Shown here: positions 22,325 to 31,446 of the stretch, piece by piece | Layout of the letters: each line of letters opens with the position of its first letter | Position numbering within the stretch: position 1 is the first letter of the stretch | Source: Myxococcota bacterium | Lineage (GTDB): Bacteria; Myxococcota_A; UBA796; GCA-2862545 | NCBI GenBank assembly: GCA_039208735.1 | Contig: JBCCQY010000075.1 | Span: 1-40,896, forward strand | Length of the DNA stretch: 40,896 nt | Direction of reading: 5' to 3' | Made by a program: the position numbers and the translations under genes | The notes under the pieces: generated by a model | Database searches by the model: none | What the model was told of the DNA's origin: nothing | What the model saw: only the letters and a program-made list of their open reading frames with translations

Positions 22325-23854
22325 CTACGCAAAAAACGATGCGCCGTCGTCACTACCGACCACCAAGAGCAGCGCATCTTCGACTTCCTCGGCCGAGACC
22401 GCCTCGCCACGCAGCGCGCGCGAGAGGGGGTTGACAGCGGCGAGCCGAAGGCGGTCAAGGTCGAACGGCACGCCATTCAACGTAGGTTGCGAGGTCTCTG
22501 GATCGGAGGGACTTCCCAGTCGGCTCCACAACGCGGTCAACGCCCAGAGATCGCGCCCTGCAGGCACCACCCCACCCCGCCGAATCGACCGGGTGAACGC
22601 CACCACGTGAGCCTGAACAAACGCCTTTCGCTCAGCCAGGTCTTCGATCTCAAGCGCGCGACGGACCACCTCGATCCCGGTTGGGGTGGGCCCGATCTCG
22701 GCCAGGCTGAGTTCGGAAACGAGCGCGGCTGGCGCGCCCCCGAGCGCCGCCAAGGCCACCGCTGCGGCTTCGTTACCCGCCTTGGGTGGGCGACCCGCCA
22801 ACCACCCCGCCACGACCTCACCAAAGGTCTGGGAGGGAACCGACTTGCGTTTGCGGCCGGAAGGTTTGAGACAGCCAAGGTAGGTCAGCAGCGCGTCCAC
22901 GCCGCGATGGGCCATTCGCGTGGCCAGCGCCTTCGCCTGGGGCTGAGTCCACCGTATGGCCCCCGGATCGACACTGGGAAAGCAGGGAAGCCCGATTGAA
23001 TCAGCCATTGCGATCAGGACATGGCGGTCTCCATTGGGCGCGAGACGGGCGCCAAGATCGGGGCCATAGACCCGCTGTTTCCGTAAGTTGAAGTCGAGCG
23101 CGGCGCTGGGGGCGACTTCGAGGGCATGCTCCGCCTCTTCGCGCCACAGGGTCCAGCCATCTGAGGACCAGCGCAGCGTGAGGTCGTCAGGCATGACGAT
23201 TCGCGGAACCTCTTCGTCGAGCACGTCAGGTCGCGTGAAGAACGAAGGCCCAACAATCCAACGACCGCGCCGCTGCACGGCGGGATGATCGCGTAGCCGC
23301 CACTTGTGAGCCAGGAGCGTCGCGGGCACGACCTCATCTTGGAACAGACGACTCGCTTGAGCCTGACGAAACGGATTTCCGCCTCGAAATCCGGGCCAGT
23401 GGTCATGAAGCACGATCGGCTGACTTCGCCCCTCGAGTTCGCCCACGAACACGATTCGACCATCGAGCGACGTCACGCCTAGCGGAACGACAGTCGCATC
23501 CAGGCCGGGAGGACGACTCGAATCGGCCACCGATTCCTTGGATGCTTCAAACGTCTGGCGACACGTTCGAAGCGCCCAGGCTCGGCGAAACTGTACTTCC
23601 CAGGTCGTCAGTTGCTGAAGTCGTTCGTGAACCGCGTGAAGCGCCTCCGCGGATGGGGTCTCCCCAACCAACCCTTCAAGCGCCTTGGCCAACTGAGACA
23701 CCTCCCCCGCAACGCGTTCCAACCCCGCGTCGTTCAATGTCTCAGCCAAGCTCCGCAAGGCGTCAGCGCGTCCCGGTCCCGGCGTGGCCAGGCCGGCGCC
23801 CCACAGCGCGATGAGTTCATCCCGAACATCTCCCAGGACCTGATCGAGGCTCAT
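22325..23854 (-). CDS. Hypothetical protein coupled to the YehQ-like gene (probable MoxR-vWA system component)
   Basis: ATGA overlap with the upstream gene. Its N-terminal helical bundle (LDQVLGDVRDELIALWGAGLA...LAETLNDAGLERVA) resembles that of its neighbour. Confidence 0.6.
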   Translation of the reverse strand: MSLDQVLGDVRDELIALWGAGLATPGPGRADALRSLAETLNDAGLERVAGEVSQLAKALEGLVGETPSAEALHAVHERLQQLTTWEVQFRRAWALRTCRQTFEASKESVADSSRPPGLDATVVPLGVTSLDGRIVFVGELEGRSQPIVLHDHWPGFRGGNPFRQAQASRLFQDEVVPATLLAHKWRLRDHPAVQRRGRWIVGPSFFTRPDVLDEEVPRIVMPDDLTLRWSSDGWTLWREEAEHALEVAPSAALDFNLRKQRVYGPDLGARLAPNGDRHVLIAMADSIGLPCFPSVDPGAIRWTQPQAKALATRMAHRGVDALLTYLGCLKPSGRKRKSVPSQTFGEVVAGWLAGRPPKAGNEAAAVALAALGGAPAALVSELSLAEIGPTPTGIEVVRRALEIEDLAERKAFVQAHVVAFTRSIRRGGVVPAGRDLWALTALWSRLGSPSDPETSQPTLNGVPFDLDRLRLAAVNPLSRALRGEAVSAEEVEDALLLVVGSDDGASFFA

Positions 23855-24972
23855 CGTTTGGCTCGCTTGAGGGGTTCTACCGTCAAGTGAACAAGGTGGG
23901 CGCTCTTCACGCGCCTTCCGATCGAAACCGGGCGTGCAAACACGGCGGATAACGGGGACAGCACCACCTGATCCCCCACCAACGACGCTTCGGCGATCAA
24001 GCCCTCGGGAGACCATGCTGGAGTGGCACAAAGCTCCAGATTGTCGATGAGAACATCGTGTTCGGGGCGCAATGGGACCGTCACTTCCAGTCGACGGCCT
24101 TGGCGATCGCGAACTCCCGCAAACACGCGCGCACGTGTGTCATCCACGAGGGGGCGATCGATTTGGATTCCTTCGATGTAGACGAGGGATTGCGGCGTTC
24201 CATCCAGCGGCCCAGACGGCGCTCCTTCGAGTCGGTCAACGATCGCCAAGAAGTTTTCCGCAGCCACCGTCGCAAGCCCCTGCCGCGCTGCGATCGCGGT
24301 AGGAACGACCACGAGTTCCGAGTGCAGCGAAACTCGACCGTCGCTCGACAAGCGAACATCATCGAGAGTCCATGCCCCATGACAGAACTCCTGCATGGTC
24401 AACGGCGTGGCATCGGACAGGGGCATTCGCAACAACCGAGCGGGGTCGGGACCCACCATGCGATCAGGTCGAGCCATCGTCGCCTGCAACCAACGTTTTT
24501 CGTCACGATGCCACAGATGAGCCGTCACACCGACGTAGCCTGAATCGGTCACCCAACCGTGCGCCGCTCCCACCACCACATCGATCATCCCCTCCACCGG
24601 ACGGTAGGTTCGCCTTGGTGTTCCGGCGATGGGCTCCAGATCAGCGATCGACGTCGCCCGGTCGGTCGCACCACGAATCGCCCGTTCGAGAAGCCACACC
24701 CGATTCACGGTGCCGAGCAACCCCGCCGGTGAAAAGGAAGGATCGCGATCGAGGTAGCGCTTGAGCTGGGTCTCGAGCCGCGCCAACTCGCGTTGGAGGC
24801 GCACAAGTCGTGCATGGTGGGCCACTTGGGCCACCGTGCGGATCTCCTTGAGGGTGACAGCTGTGGTGCGCTGCCAGCCTTGCTCTGCGAGCCGCTGCAG
24901 AAAACGAGCCACCTGGTCAAGCGCCGGTCCTACCCGTTGGAGCTTTGGATCGCGTGTGGCCGGCTCCTTCAT
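23851..24972 (-). CDS. Homolog of the C-terminal body of SWIM-domain (YehQ-like) proteins from MoxR/vWA/DUF5682 clusters, lacking the SWIM finger
   Basis: LAEQGWQR..AHHARLVRLQREL..YLDRDPSFS..AGTPRRTY..AHGWVTDSGYVGVTAHLW..WLQATMARP, a pattern recognised from such cluster proteins. No CxC..CxH motif. Confidence 0.6.
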   Translation of the reverse strand: MKEPATRDPKLQRVGPALDQVARFLQRLAEQGWQRTTAVTLKEIRTVAQVAHHARLVRLQRELARLETQLKRYLDRDPSFSPAGLLGTVNRVWLLERAIRGATDRATSIADLEPIAGTPRRTYRPVEGMIDVVVGAAHGWVTDSGYVGVTAHLWHRDEKRWLQATMARPDRMVGPDPARLLRMPLSDATPLTMQEFCHGAWTLDDVRLSSDGRVSLHSELVVVPTAIAARQGLATVAAENFLAIVDRLEGAPSGPLDGTPQSLVYIEGIQIDRPLVDDTRARVFAGVRDRQGRRLEVTVPLRPEHDVLIDNLELCATPAWSPEGLIAEASLVGDQVVLSPLSAVFARPVSIGRRVKSAHLVHLTVEPLKRAKR

Positions 24973-25137
24973 AGGGAAGATTCTCGGGATTGCAGGTTGA
25001 AACATGAGTTCGGTTTGCGATATTTCGGGGTGCCGACTGGAAAAACCCAGGCTCGTGGCCCGTCATCGGGATTCTCGACCCGCCGTTCATCAGGTTCCGC
25101 TGGATTTTTCCAGATGTGCGCTGTTATGCTTCGTCGC

Positions 25138-26121
25138 ATGGCAGCGGTCTATGAGCTCGTGGTGGAAGGGGAGGGGGTTCAGCCCCATTCCGTGGCGATC
25201 GGTCAACAGCCGTATTCCATCGGACGGGGTCCAGGTAACGACCTCGTCGTCCCTGATGGGATGGTGTCCTGGGAACACCTAAAAGTGTGGTCAGAGCGAA
25301 GCACCGTTTGGGTGTCGGACGCGGGCAGTACCAACGGGACGTTCGTGAACGGCTCCCGAATTCGTGGCACGGTCCAACTCAACGAGGGCGACAAGATCAC
25401 GGTCGGCTCGTTGGAACTACACCTGCAATTGCACGGTGAGCATACCGGCAACACGGAAGTCGACAACAAAGGCTCGGTCGCTCTCGAAGAACTCAGCACC
25501 AAGCTGCAGCACCCTTTCCGGTCCAATCGCTTCACGATTGGAAGCGCAGAGGATGCGGATCTGCGCATCCGCGGTGCGCTGCCTTACGCGGTGGAGTTCG
25601 CGATCCACGGACCCGACGACATCTGGATGATGGTCGACAACGACGACCTACCGGTTGAAATCGGAAAGACCTTCGAAGTCGCCGGCATGGAATTCCGGCT
25701 GGTTCGCGTCGAGGACAACCAGCGGCAGCCGACGATCCAGCCCGTTCGCGATCGGTTCCCCTACGCGCTTCGAGCGACCCTCGACGGCCCTACAGGTCCC
25801 GTGGCCGAGCTGTCGAATCTGCGCGACGGGACTCGGGTCCGCGTCGAGGCCGAGACCCGTGCTGTCCTGCTCTACCTGCTCGGCCGCCGGGTGGCCGAAG
25901 ATCATCGCAGCGACGTGCCCAAGGATGAAGTGGGCTGGATTCCTGATGATGACGTGATCGTTGGCGTATGGGGCCGGGCCGGCCTCCCCGACGGAGCCAA
26001 CCGTCTGAAGGTGCTGGTCCACCGGCTGCGGGCCGAGATCCGCAAGGCGGGCTTTGACCCGTGGTTTATCGAGCGACGCCGCCGATTCATCCGGGTTCGC
26101 GTTCGCGAGGTCACCGAGTGA
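25138..26121 (+). CDS. FHA-domain protein with C-terminal winged-helix DNA-binding domain
   Basis: IGRGPGNDL..VSWEH..DAGSTNGTFVNG is the FHA. A degenerate second FHA-like segment (FTIGSAEDADLRI) follows, then OmpR-like VWG..NRLKVLVHRLRAEI. Confidence 0.85.
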   Translation: MAAVYELVVEGEGVQPHSVAIGQQPYSIGRGPGNDLVVPDGMVSWEHLKVWSERSTVWVSDAGSTNGTFVNGSRIRGTVQLNEGDKITVGSLELHLQLHGEHTGNTEVDNKGSVALEELSTKLQHPFRSNRFTIGSAEDADLRIRGALPYAVEFAIHGPDDIWMMVDNDDLPVEIGKTFEVAGMEFRLVRVEDNQRQPTIQPVRDRFPYALRATLDGPTGPVAELSNLRDGTRVRVEAETRAVLLYLLGRRVAEDHRSDVPKDEVGWIPDDDVIVGVWGRAGLPDGANRLKVLVHRLRAEIRKAGFDPWFIERRRRFIRVRVREVTE

Positions 26122-26512
26122 CGAGGCCTTGGGCCGACGCCTGCGGAAGCGGGAGCAACCCCTCGTCATCGACGTGAAGCACCAATGAGAGCCAGCCGAT
26201 CGTGACCATGGTCACCATCGTGCCCAGCACGAGACCTCCCAAGACCCACGGCCACACCGGAGGAGCCGGCGCCTCTCGCGGCCGGTGTTCGCGTAGCTCC
26301 GAGCCTACCGTACCCGCGCGAAGGTGTCGGACGACGGGAACGGGGGTCGGATCCAACCAATCTGGCCGCTCCTGACGACTCAGACCGTAGGGGTCGGTAC
26401 GTTCACGGCGATCCGCCGTGTTGAAGGTCTCGCGGGCTCCGGGACCGTCGAGAAGTCCTGCCAAGGGCGGCGTCGGTGGCTGACGAGGCGGCTGGTACGT
26501 ATCGTTGGGCAT
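26111..26512 (-). CDS. Hypothetical Pro-rich single-TM protein
   Basis: AAGGA RBS, disordered Pro-rich N-terminus and a TM helix WPWVLGGLVLGTMVTMVTIGWLSLVL. Confidence 0.55.
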   Translation of the reverse strand: MPNDTYQPPRQPPTPPLAGLLDGPGARETFNTADRRERTDPYGLSRQERPDWLDPTPVPVVRHLRAGTVGSELREHRPREAPAPPVWPWVLGGLVLGTMVTMVTIGWLSLVLHVDDEGLLPLPQASAQGLVTR

Positions 26513-26579
26513 CGATCCTTCCGCCAGCCTCTTCGGATCACAAAGACGAAGACGCGTTTCTTTTTGGGTTCCCGCAGGG

Positions 26580-27728
26580 TCAGGCCCGCAGGAACCCCGC
26601 GATCTGTTCGACAAGGTGTTTGGGCGTCACCACGCCCACCCACCATCCGGTTGCCGAGAGGCGACGCGCCATCTGTTGGTCGTAGTCGGCCCGCCCTTCG
26701 GCATCGATTGCACAGAGGCCGAGCCCTTTGACTCCCGCAGCGGCGAGATCCCGCGCAATACTTAGGCTCTTGGCAACATCGTCGTAGACGTACCAATCGC
26801 TCACGACGGCCACGATGGTTCGCTCGGGATCGGCGATGCGTTCCGCGCAGGCGGACAAGGCGCCGAAGAGCGACGTTCCACCTCCCAACTGGGCTCCCAT
26901 CAACACGGCCAGCGGGTCTTGCACGTGCTCCGAGACATCCACCACTCGATGGTCCCAAAGCAATAGATCCACCGTCACGGCAGGTAGCGAGGCCAAGATT
27001 GCTGACGTGATCGCGGCGTGGACGAGGCTGTCAATCATGGAACCCGACTGGTCAACCGCCACGATGACCCGCCACGGAAGGCGCCGACGCTGGCGGTGAC
27101 GAAACTCGATGCGATCCGCCACGAGACGTTGCTGATCGCGATCGTAGTGCTTCAGATTCCGATGGATGGTGCGGGTCCAATCGGTATTGCGGAAATTCTT
27201 TGGCGCACCGGCTCTCGCGGAGGAAGCACTCCCGTACAACGCCGACTGGGTCTCGGTCCGTAGGCGCTCGGCCATCGCTTCGACCACCTCGCGCACGATC
27301 GTCCGGGCCTGCTCCAACACCGCTGGAGCCATAAGATGCTTGAACTGAAGGATGCACCTAATCAAATCGGGGCTCCGTTCCAGCGAAGCCAACACGTCGG
27401 GATCCGTCACCAACTCGGTCAGGCCGTACCGTGACAGCGCGTCGCGTTCGATCACCTGGACGGCATCCCTTGGAAACAGCACCCGAACGCCCTTCAGCCA
27501 GGCGGGCACCGTCAGGTCGTCCGTGCCCTGACCGGCCCGTTGATGGCCTCGAGCCGCGAGTTCTCGGTCATAGAGAAAGCGCAAGGTCCGGTCCATGGCT
27601 CGAGGCTCGCCGTCGCCGTCCCCCGGCTCGCCATCTTGAGGCATAGGGAGTGAGTCATCGGCGTGATGTCCCAAGATCAGGCGCCACCGTACGGCAGCTG
27701 TGATCTTGCCTTCTTCATCGGTCATCAC
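26580..27728 (-). CDS. VWA (CoxE-like) domain protein, YehP-like
   Basis: N-terminal RWRLILG, DWTRTIHRNLKHYD, MIDAS VDQSGSM, QLGGGT and VSDWY. Confidence 0.9.
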   Translation of the reverse strand: MMTDEEGKITAAVRWRLILGHHADDSLPMPQDGEPGDGDGEPRAMDRTLRFLYDRELAARGHQRAGQGTDDLTVPAWLKGVRVLFPRDAVQVIERDALSRYGLTELVTDPDVLASLERSPDLIRCILQFKHLMAPAVLEQARTIVREVVEAMAERLRTETQSALYGSASSARAGAPKNFRNTDWTRTIHRNLKHYDRDQQRLVADRIEFRHRQRRRLPWRVIVAVDQSGSMIDSLVHAAITSAILASLPAVTVDLLLWDHRVVDVSEHVQDPLAVLMGAQLGGGTSLFGALSACAERIADPERTIVAVVSDWYVYDDVAKSLSIARDLAAAGVKGLGLCAIDAEGRADYDQQMARRLSATGWWVGVVTPKHLVEQIAGFLRA

Positions 27729-27855
27729 GCGCTCCTCGCCGTTCTACGACACATCCGTTCACCCAGGCGACTTCCTTTCAGATACAGTCACCCGTCGGTG
27801 GGGTCACGTGGCGCATTGCCCTGCGCGATTCCACCTGGTCGAACCAGGAGAGGTC

Positions 27856-28152
27856 ATGTCCATCGAAAACCCTTGGCCTGAATATGATTTTCCGCTCGAA
27901 GGCAGCGAGCTTCGGCCATCGGAGGTCAATCCAGAGACGGTCATCGTCGGCTACGGGACCCAAAACGCGATCGAGCCCCTCATGGAAAGGTGGTCGAGTG
28001 CCATGTCGAAAGGGGGTTGGCAGGAAGTGAGTCGTCTCGAAGGAGAGACCAACACGCCGGTCATGCACTTGATGTTCCGCCGTGAGGGCAGCCTTGCCCA
28101 GCTGACCTTTGAAAAAGTCCCGTCCGGAGTCGATGTCGCCGTCAGCCTCTAG
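27856..28152 (+). CDS. Small hypothetical protein
   Basis: AGGAGAGG RBS, 98 aa, alpha/beta pattern (MSKGGWQEV..LMFRREG). Confidence 0.6.
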   Translation: MSIENPWPEYDFPLEGSELRPSEVNPETVIVGYGTQNAIEPLMERWSSAMSKGGWQEVSRLEGETNTPVMHLMFRREGSLAQLTFEKVPSGVDVAVSL

Positions 28153-28540
28153 CGTTCGTGTCGTAGCCGGGGCTTGGATCCGAGGCCGCACGGTCCTTGC
28201 CGCACAACACGGACCCGACCGCCCCCATGCGAACGAATGGGAGTTCCCTGGGGGAAAGGTGGAGCCTGGAGAAACGGACGCCGAAGCCCTCCGTCGAGAA
28301 CTCATCGAGGAACTCGGGGCTTCGATTGAAGTCCGAGAGCCCGCCCTCGCTCGACATACGTTCCAGGCTGGCCCGCGCACGATCGACCTTTGGCTTTACG
28401 AAGTCTGGGGCTCCGCAACCCCCACCCCCCTCGAGCACGCAGCCCTCACCTGGATCGACATCCCGCATGGAGACGTCTTGACCTGGTCCCGCGCAGACGC
28501 CCACCTCTGGCGTTCTGTGCGCGCTCGACTGCTGGAGTGA
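28133..28540 (+). CDS. NUDIX hydrolase (MutT/NudG-like)
   Basis: Nudix box WEFPGGKVEPGETDAEALRRELIEELG. Confidence 0.92.
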   Translation: MSPSASSVRVVAGAWIRGRTVLAAQHGPDRPHANEWEFPGGKVEPGETDAEALRRELIEELGASIEVREPALARHTFQAGPRTIDLWLYEVWGSATPTPLEHAALTWIDIPHGDVLTWSRADAHLWRSVRARLLE

Positions 28541-28593
28541 CGCGAACCGGTCCATGGCGCGAACGGTTAGGCCCGGCCTGTCTGGAGTTTGCG

Positions 28594-29562
28594 ATGTGGT
28601 TGTGGTGGCTCGGATGTACGTCAGCAACGATCGATGAGGTCAATCCAATGGATTCGTCGACGGAGCTTCCCTCGACGGAACCTCTGCGGGTCGCGACCTG
28701 GAACATCGAAGGTCTCGGAGCGCCATCCAGCGACCAATACGTGGCGGCGCGCGCGGTGTTGCAACGCATCGACGCGGATGTCGTCGGACTGAACGAGATC
28801 CAGTCTGGCGAGGAGGACAACCTCATCGCACTTGCGCTCGACCTCGGGTACGACGTGGTCCAGCCGCGTACGAATCCCTTTGGCCGCGATCACAACGCCG
28901 TGTTGTCCCGGCTCCCCATCGTGCAGAGCGGATTTCCCTCGAGTGCCGTGCTCTCTGGCGATCCGGTGGCCAACGACGTGACCCGATGGCCGGTCGCCCT
29001 CACGATTGAAGCGCCTTGGGGATCGACGGTTGGCCTGGCCGTACAGCATTGCAAATCGGGCTTCGACCTGACGGATCAGTTTCGCCGGACGGTTGACACC
29101 ACCCGGCTTGGGCAGGCGGCAGCCCGGCTTGAGGCCACCCATCGCATCGTGATGGGCGACCTCAACGAGGATCGTTCCGAGTTGGAGGAAGAAGCACCCA
29201 CCCCCGCGCAGTGGACATTCCCGCCCAATGGCCTGCCCCAAGACTTCGTGCTGGGAGACGACATTGAGGCCCGACTGGACAACAACGACCTTCCAAACCA
29301 TCCGTTCGTCCTTGCCGAGCAGGCTGGATTTACCGTCATCACGGCACGCCAGCGTGATGGTCGTTCGGCATCCCGAGATTCGGGGCGCCTCATCGACTAC
29401 GTGTTGCAAGACGGCAGTTTGCAGGTCGTGGACGTCGAAATCTACGACAGTCAGGATGAACAGATCGACGGCGGCATCGAACTCTCGGGGGAACCGCTGG
29501 CCCGAGAGGTGTCCCGGGCCGCAGCCGACCACTTTCCGGTCGTGGTCGACCTCCGACCTTGA
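28594..29562 (+). CDS. Exported endonuclease/exonuclease/phosphatase (EEP) family lipoprotein (alternative start GTG 28537)
   Basis: VATWNIE, DVVGLNEI, MGDLNE, LIDYV and ADHFPV. LG-C lipobox. Confidence 0.88.
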   Translation: MWLWWLGCTSATIDEVNPMDSSTELPSTEPLRVATWNIEGLGAPSSDQYVAARAVLQRIDADVVGLNEIQSGEEDNLIALALDLGYDVVQPRTNPFGRDHNAVLSRLPIVQSGFPSSAVLSGDPVANDVTRWPVALTIEAPWGSTVGLAVQHCKSGFDLTDQFRRTVDTTRLGQAAARLEATHRIVMGDLNEDRSELEEEAPTPAQWTFPPNGLPQDFVLGDDIEARLDNNDLPNHPFVLAEQAGFTVITARQRDGRSASRDSGRLIDYVLQDGSLQVVDVEIYDSQDEQIDGGIELSGEPLAREVSRAAADHFPVVVDLRP

Positions 29563-29566
29563 TGAC

Positions 29567-30850
29567 CTACGCTCGCGCCGCCATGAGCTTTGAAGCCGCC
29601 GACAGCTGACGCCGACTCGCTGTCAATACGCCCAACGAAGGTTCGGGGGCGCCTGACCGTCCGAGGCTTGCCAGCTGTTCATAGAACCAGAATTGAGTGG
29701 CAAACCCATCAATCGCCTTGACGAGGCGGAACCACTTCAGCGCCTGTAGCGGGCCGGGAAACAACGTCAGCGACCGCTCCCACCGCGGGAGTTCATCGCG
29801 TCCTTCGAACAGTTGACGAGGGGCATCTGGGTCCGTGCACATCGGTCGACCAATGCCGATCAGATCGGCGCTGCCTGAGGCCAACACCTCGTCCATCGCG
29901 TCACGACGGCGCAGGCCTCCCGTCACCATGAGGGGCACGTCGATCTCGGCCCGCATCGCCTGGGCAAAATCAACGAAGTACGCTTCGCGCGCCCGCGTCG
30001 AACGAGCGAGCGATTGTTCCACCACCGGCTCGATGCCTTGCAAGTCCAAGAGACGTGGCTGTTCGTAGGTGCCTCCGGAGATCTCCAGTAGGTCGATGCC
30101 CTCGGCCTGAAGCCATCGCGCGACTTGCAGGCTGTCCTCGAACGAAAAGCCTCCCCGCTGGAAGTCGGCACTGTTTAGCTTGACCGCAATCGGAAACGCT
30201 GGCCCCACCTGGGTGCGCACCGCTCGGACGACCTCGAGTAACGCCCGCGCTCGATTTTCGAGGGAACCGCCCCATTCGTCGGTTCGGACGTTCGCGAGTG
30301 GCGAAAGGAACTGGGAAAGCAAATATCCATGCGCCGCGTGGATTTGAACGCCCGTGAACCCCGCTTCCTGCATGGCCTTCGCTGCAATCGCAAAACGGTC
30401 GATCAAGTCTCGGATTTCATCGCCCGACAACGGAACGGGCACCCCAAATTGGCCGCCGGGAATGCGCACCCGCTTCGCGGAGGGGGCCTTCGGCTTCCGA
30501 TTCACCTGGGTTTGCGTCTGGCGCCCGGCATGCGAGAGCTGGACGAAACACGCGTTGCCGCCACGCGTCGCACTCGTCGCCCACCGAGCGAGGGCCTCGC
30601 GCTGGGCGGCGTTGGGGGGACCCTGAACGACCACGTTGCCAGGCCGTTCGAGATGGTCGCGATCGATCTGCACATTCCCAGTGATGAGGAGGCCAGCGCC
30701 GCCATCGCTCCACGCTCCATACAACCGCTCGAGTTCGGCGGTTGCCAGACCTTCGGGCGTGGCGAGTCCCTCGGTCATCGCCGCCTTGGCAATGCGATTG
30801 GGGAGCGTCACCCCACAAGGGAGCGACAAGGGCGATTCAAGAGCGGTCAT
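29567..30850 (-). CDS. NADH:flavin oxidoreductase (old yellow enzyme family)
   Basis: NRIAKAAMTE, QLSHAGRQ, QIHAAHGYLLSQFLSP, GGSLENRAR and EISGGTYE. Confidence 0.93.
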   Translation of the reverse strand: MTALESPLSLPCGVTLPNRIAKAAMTEGLATPEGLATAELERLYGAWSDGGAGLLITGNVQIDRDHLERPGNVVVQGPPNAAQREALARWATSATRGGNACFVQLSHAGRQTQTQVNRKPKAPSAKRVRIPGGQFGVPVPLSGDEIRDLIDRFAIAAKAMQEAGFTGVQIHAAHGYLLSQFLSPLANVRTDEWGGSLENRARALLEVVRAVRTQVGPAFPIAVKLNSADFQRGGFSFEDSLQVARWLQAEGIDLLEISGGTYEQPRLLDLQGIEPVVEQSLARSTRAREAYFVDFAQAMRAEIDVPLMVTGGLRRRDAMDEVLASGSADLIGIGRPMCTDPDAPRQLFEGRDELPRWERSLTLFPGPLQALKWFRLVKAIDGFATQFWFYEQLASLGRSGAPEPSLGVLTASRRQLSAASKLMAARA

Positions 30851-31446
30851 GCAGCCTCCAGACTCACCCGAGTGACGGGCAGTGGCAGGGACAGATGGCT
30901 CGTCATCACCACAACCCGGTCCGTCGCCCACTCTTCGAGGACGGTGCACAGCGTTTCGGTTCGTGCATCGTCCAAGTTCGCAAATGGCTCGTCGAGGAGC
31001 AGCACCTTGGGATCCCCAGCGACAGCCGCGATGAGTTCGGCGAGTCGTCGCTGCCCTGCACTGCACTGGCCCAATCGAAGCGCGCCAGGCAGACCGAATC
31101 GGCCGCGCAATGCATGCCCCAACCACTGAGGTCGGCGCCTGAGGGCAGCCAATTGCTGCCAGGCTTCATCGACGGTGAGGAACTCGGGTAGTTCGGGCTC
31201 CGCGGGAAGGTACGCCACGTCACGCCGAGCCTCCACCGAGGTTCGTGGATCCGCGCCCACCACCTCGACCGTCCCAACCGAACGGCGCAGGCCACCACAC
31301 AAACATCGTAGAATGGTGGTTTTTCCTGATCCGTTAGGCCCGTGAAGGTGGATCAGACCGGGTCCCACATCCAGGTTTAGAGGACCCGCTTCAAACCCCG
31401 TTGCATAGCGATAACGAAGGTCTTTGGTCACCAACAACGAACTCAT
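30847..31446 (-). CDS. ABC transporter ATP-binding protein
   Basis: GPNGSGKTT, CSAGQRR, LLLDEPFANLD and TSH switch. ATGA overlaps on both sides. Confidence 0.9.
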   Translation of the reverse strand: MSSLLVTKDLRYRYATGFEAGPLNLDVGPGLIHLHGPNGSGKTTILRCLCGGLRRSVGTVEVVGADPRTSVEARRDVAYLPAEPELPEFLTVDEAWQQLAALRRRPQWLGHALRGRFGLPGALRLGQCSAGQRRLAELIAAVAGDPKVLLLDEPFANLDDARTETLCTVLEEWATDRVVVMTSHLSLPLPVTRVSLEAA

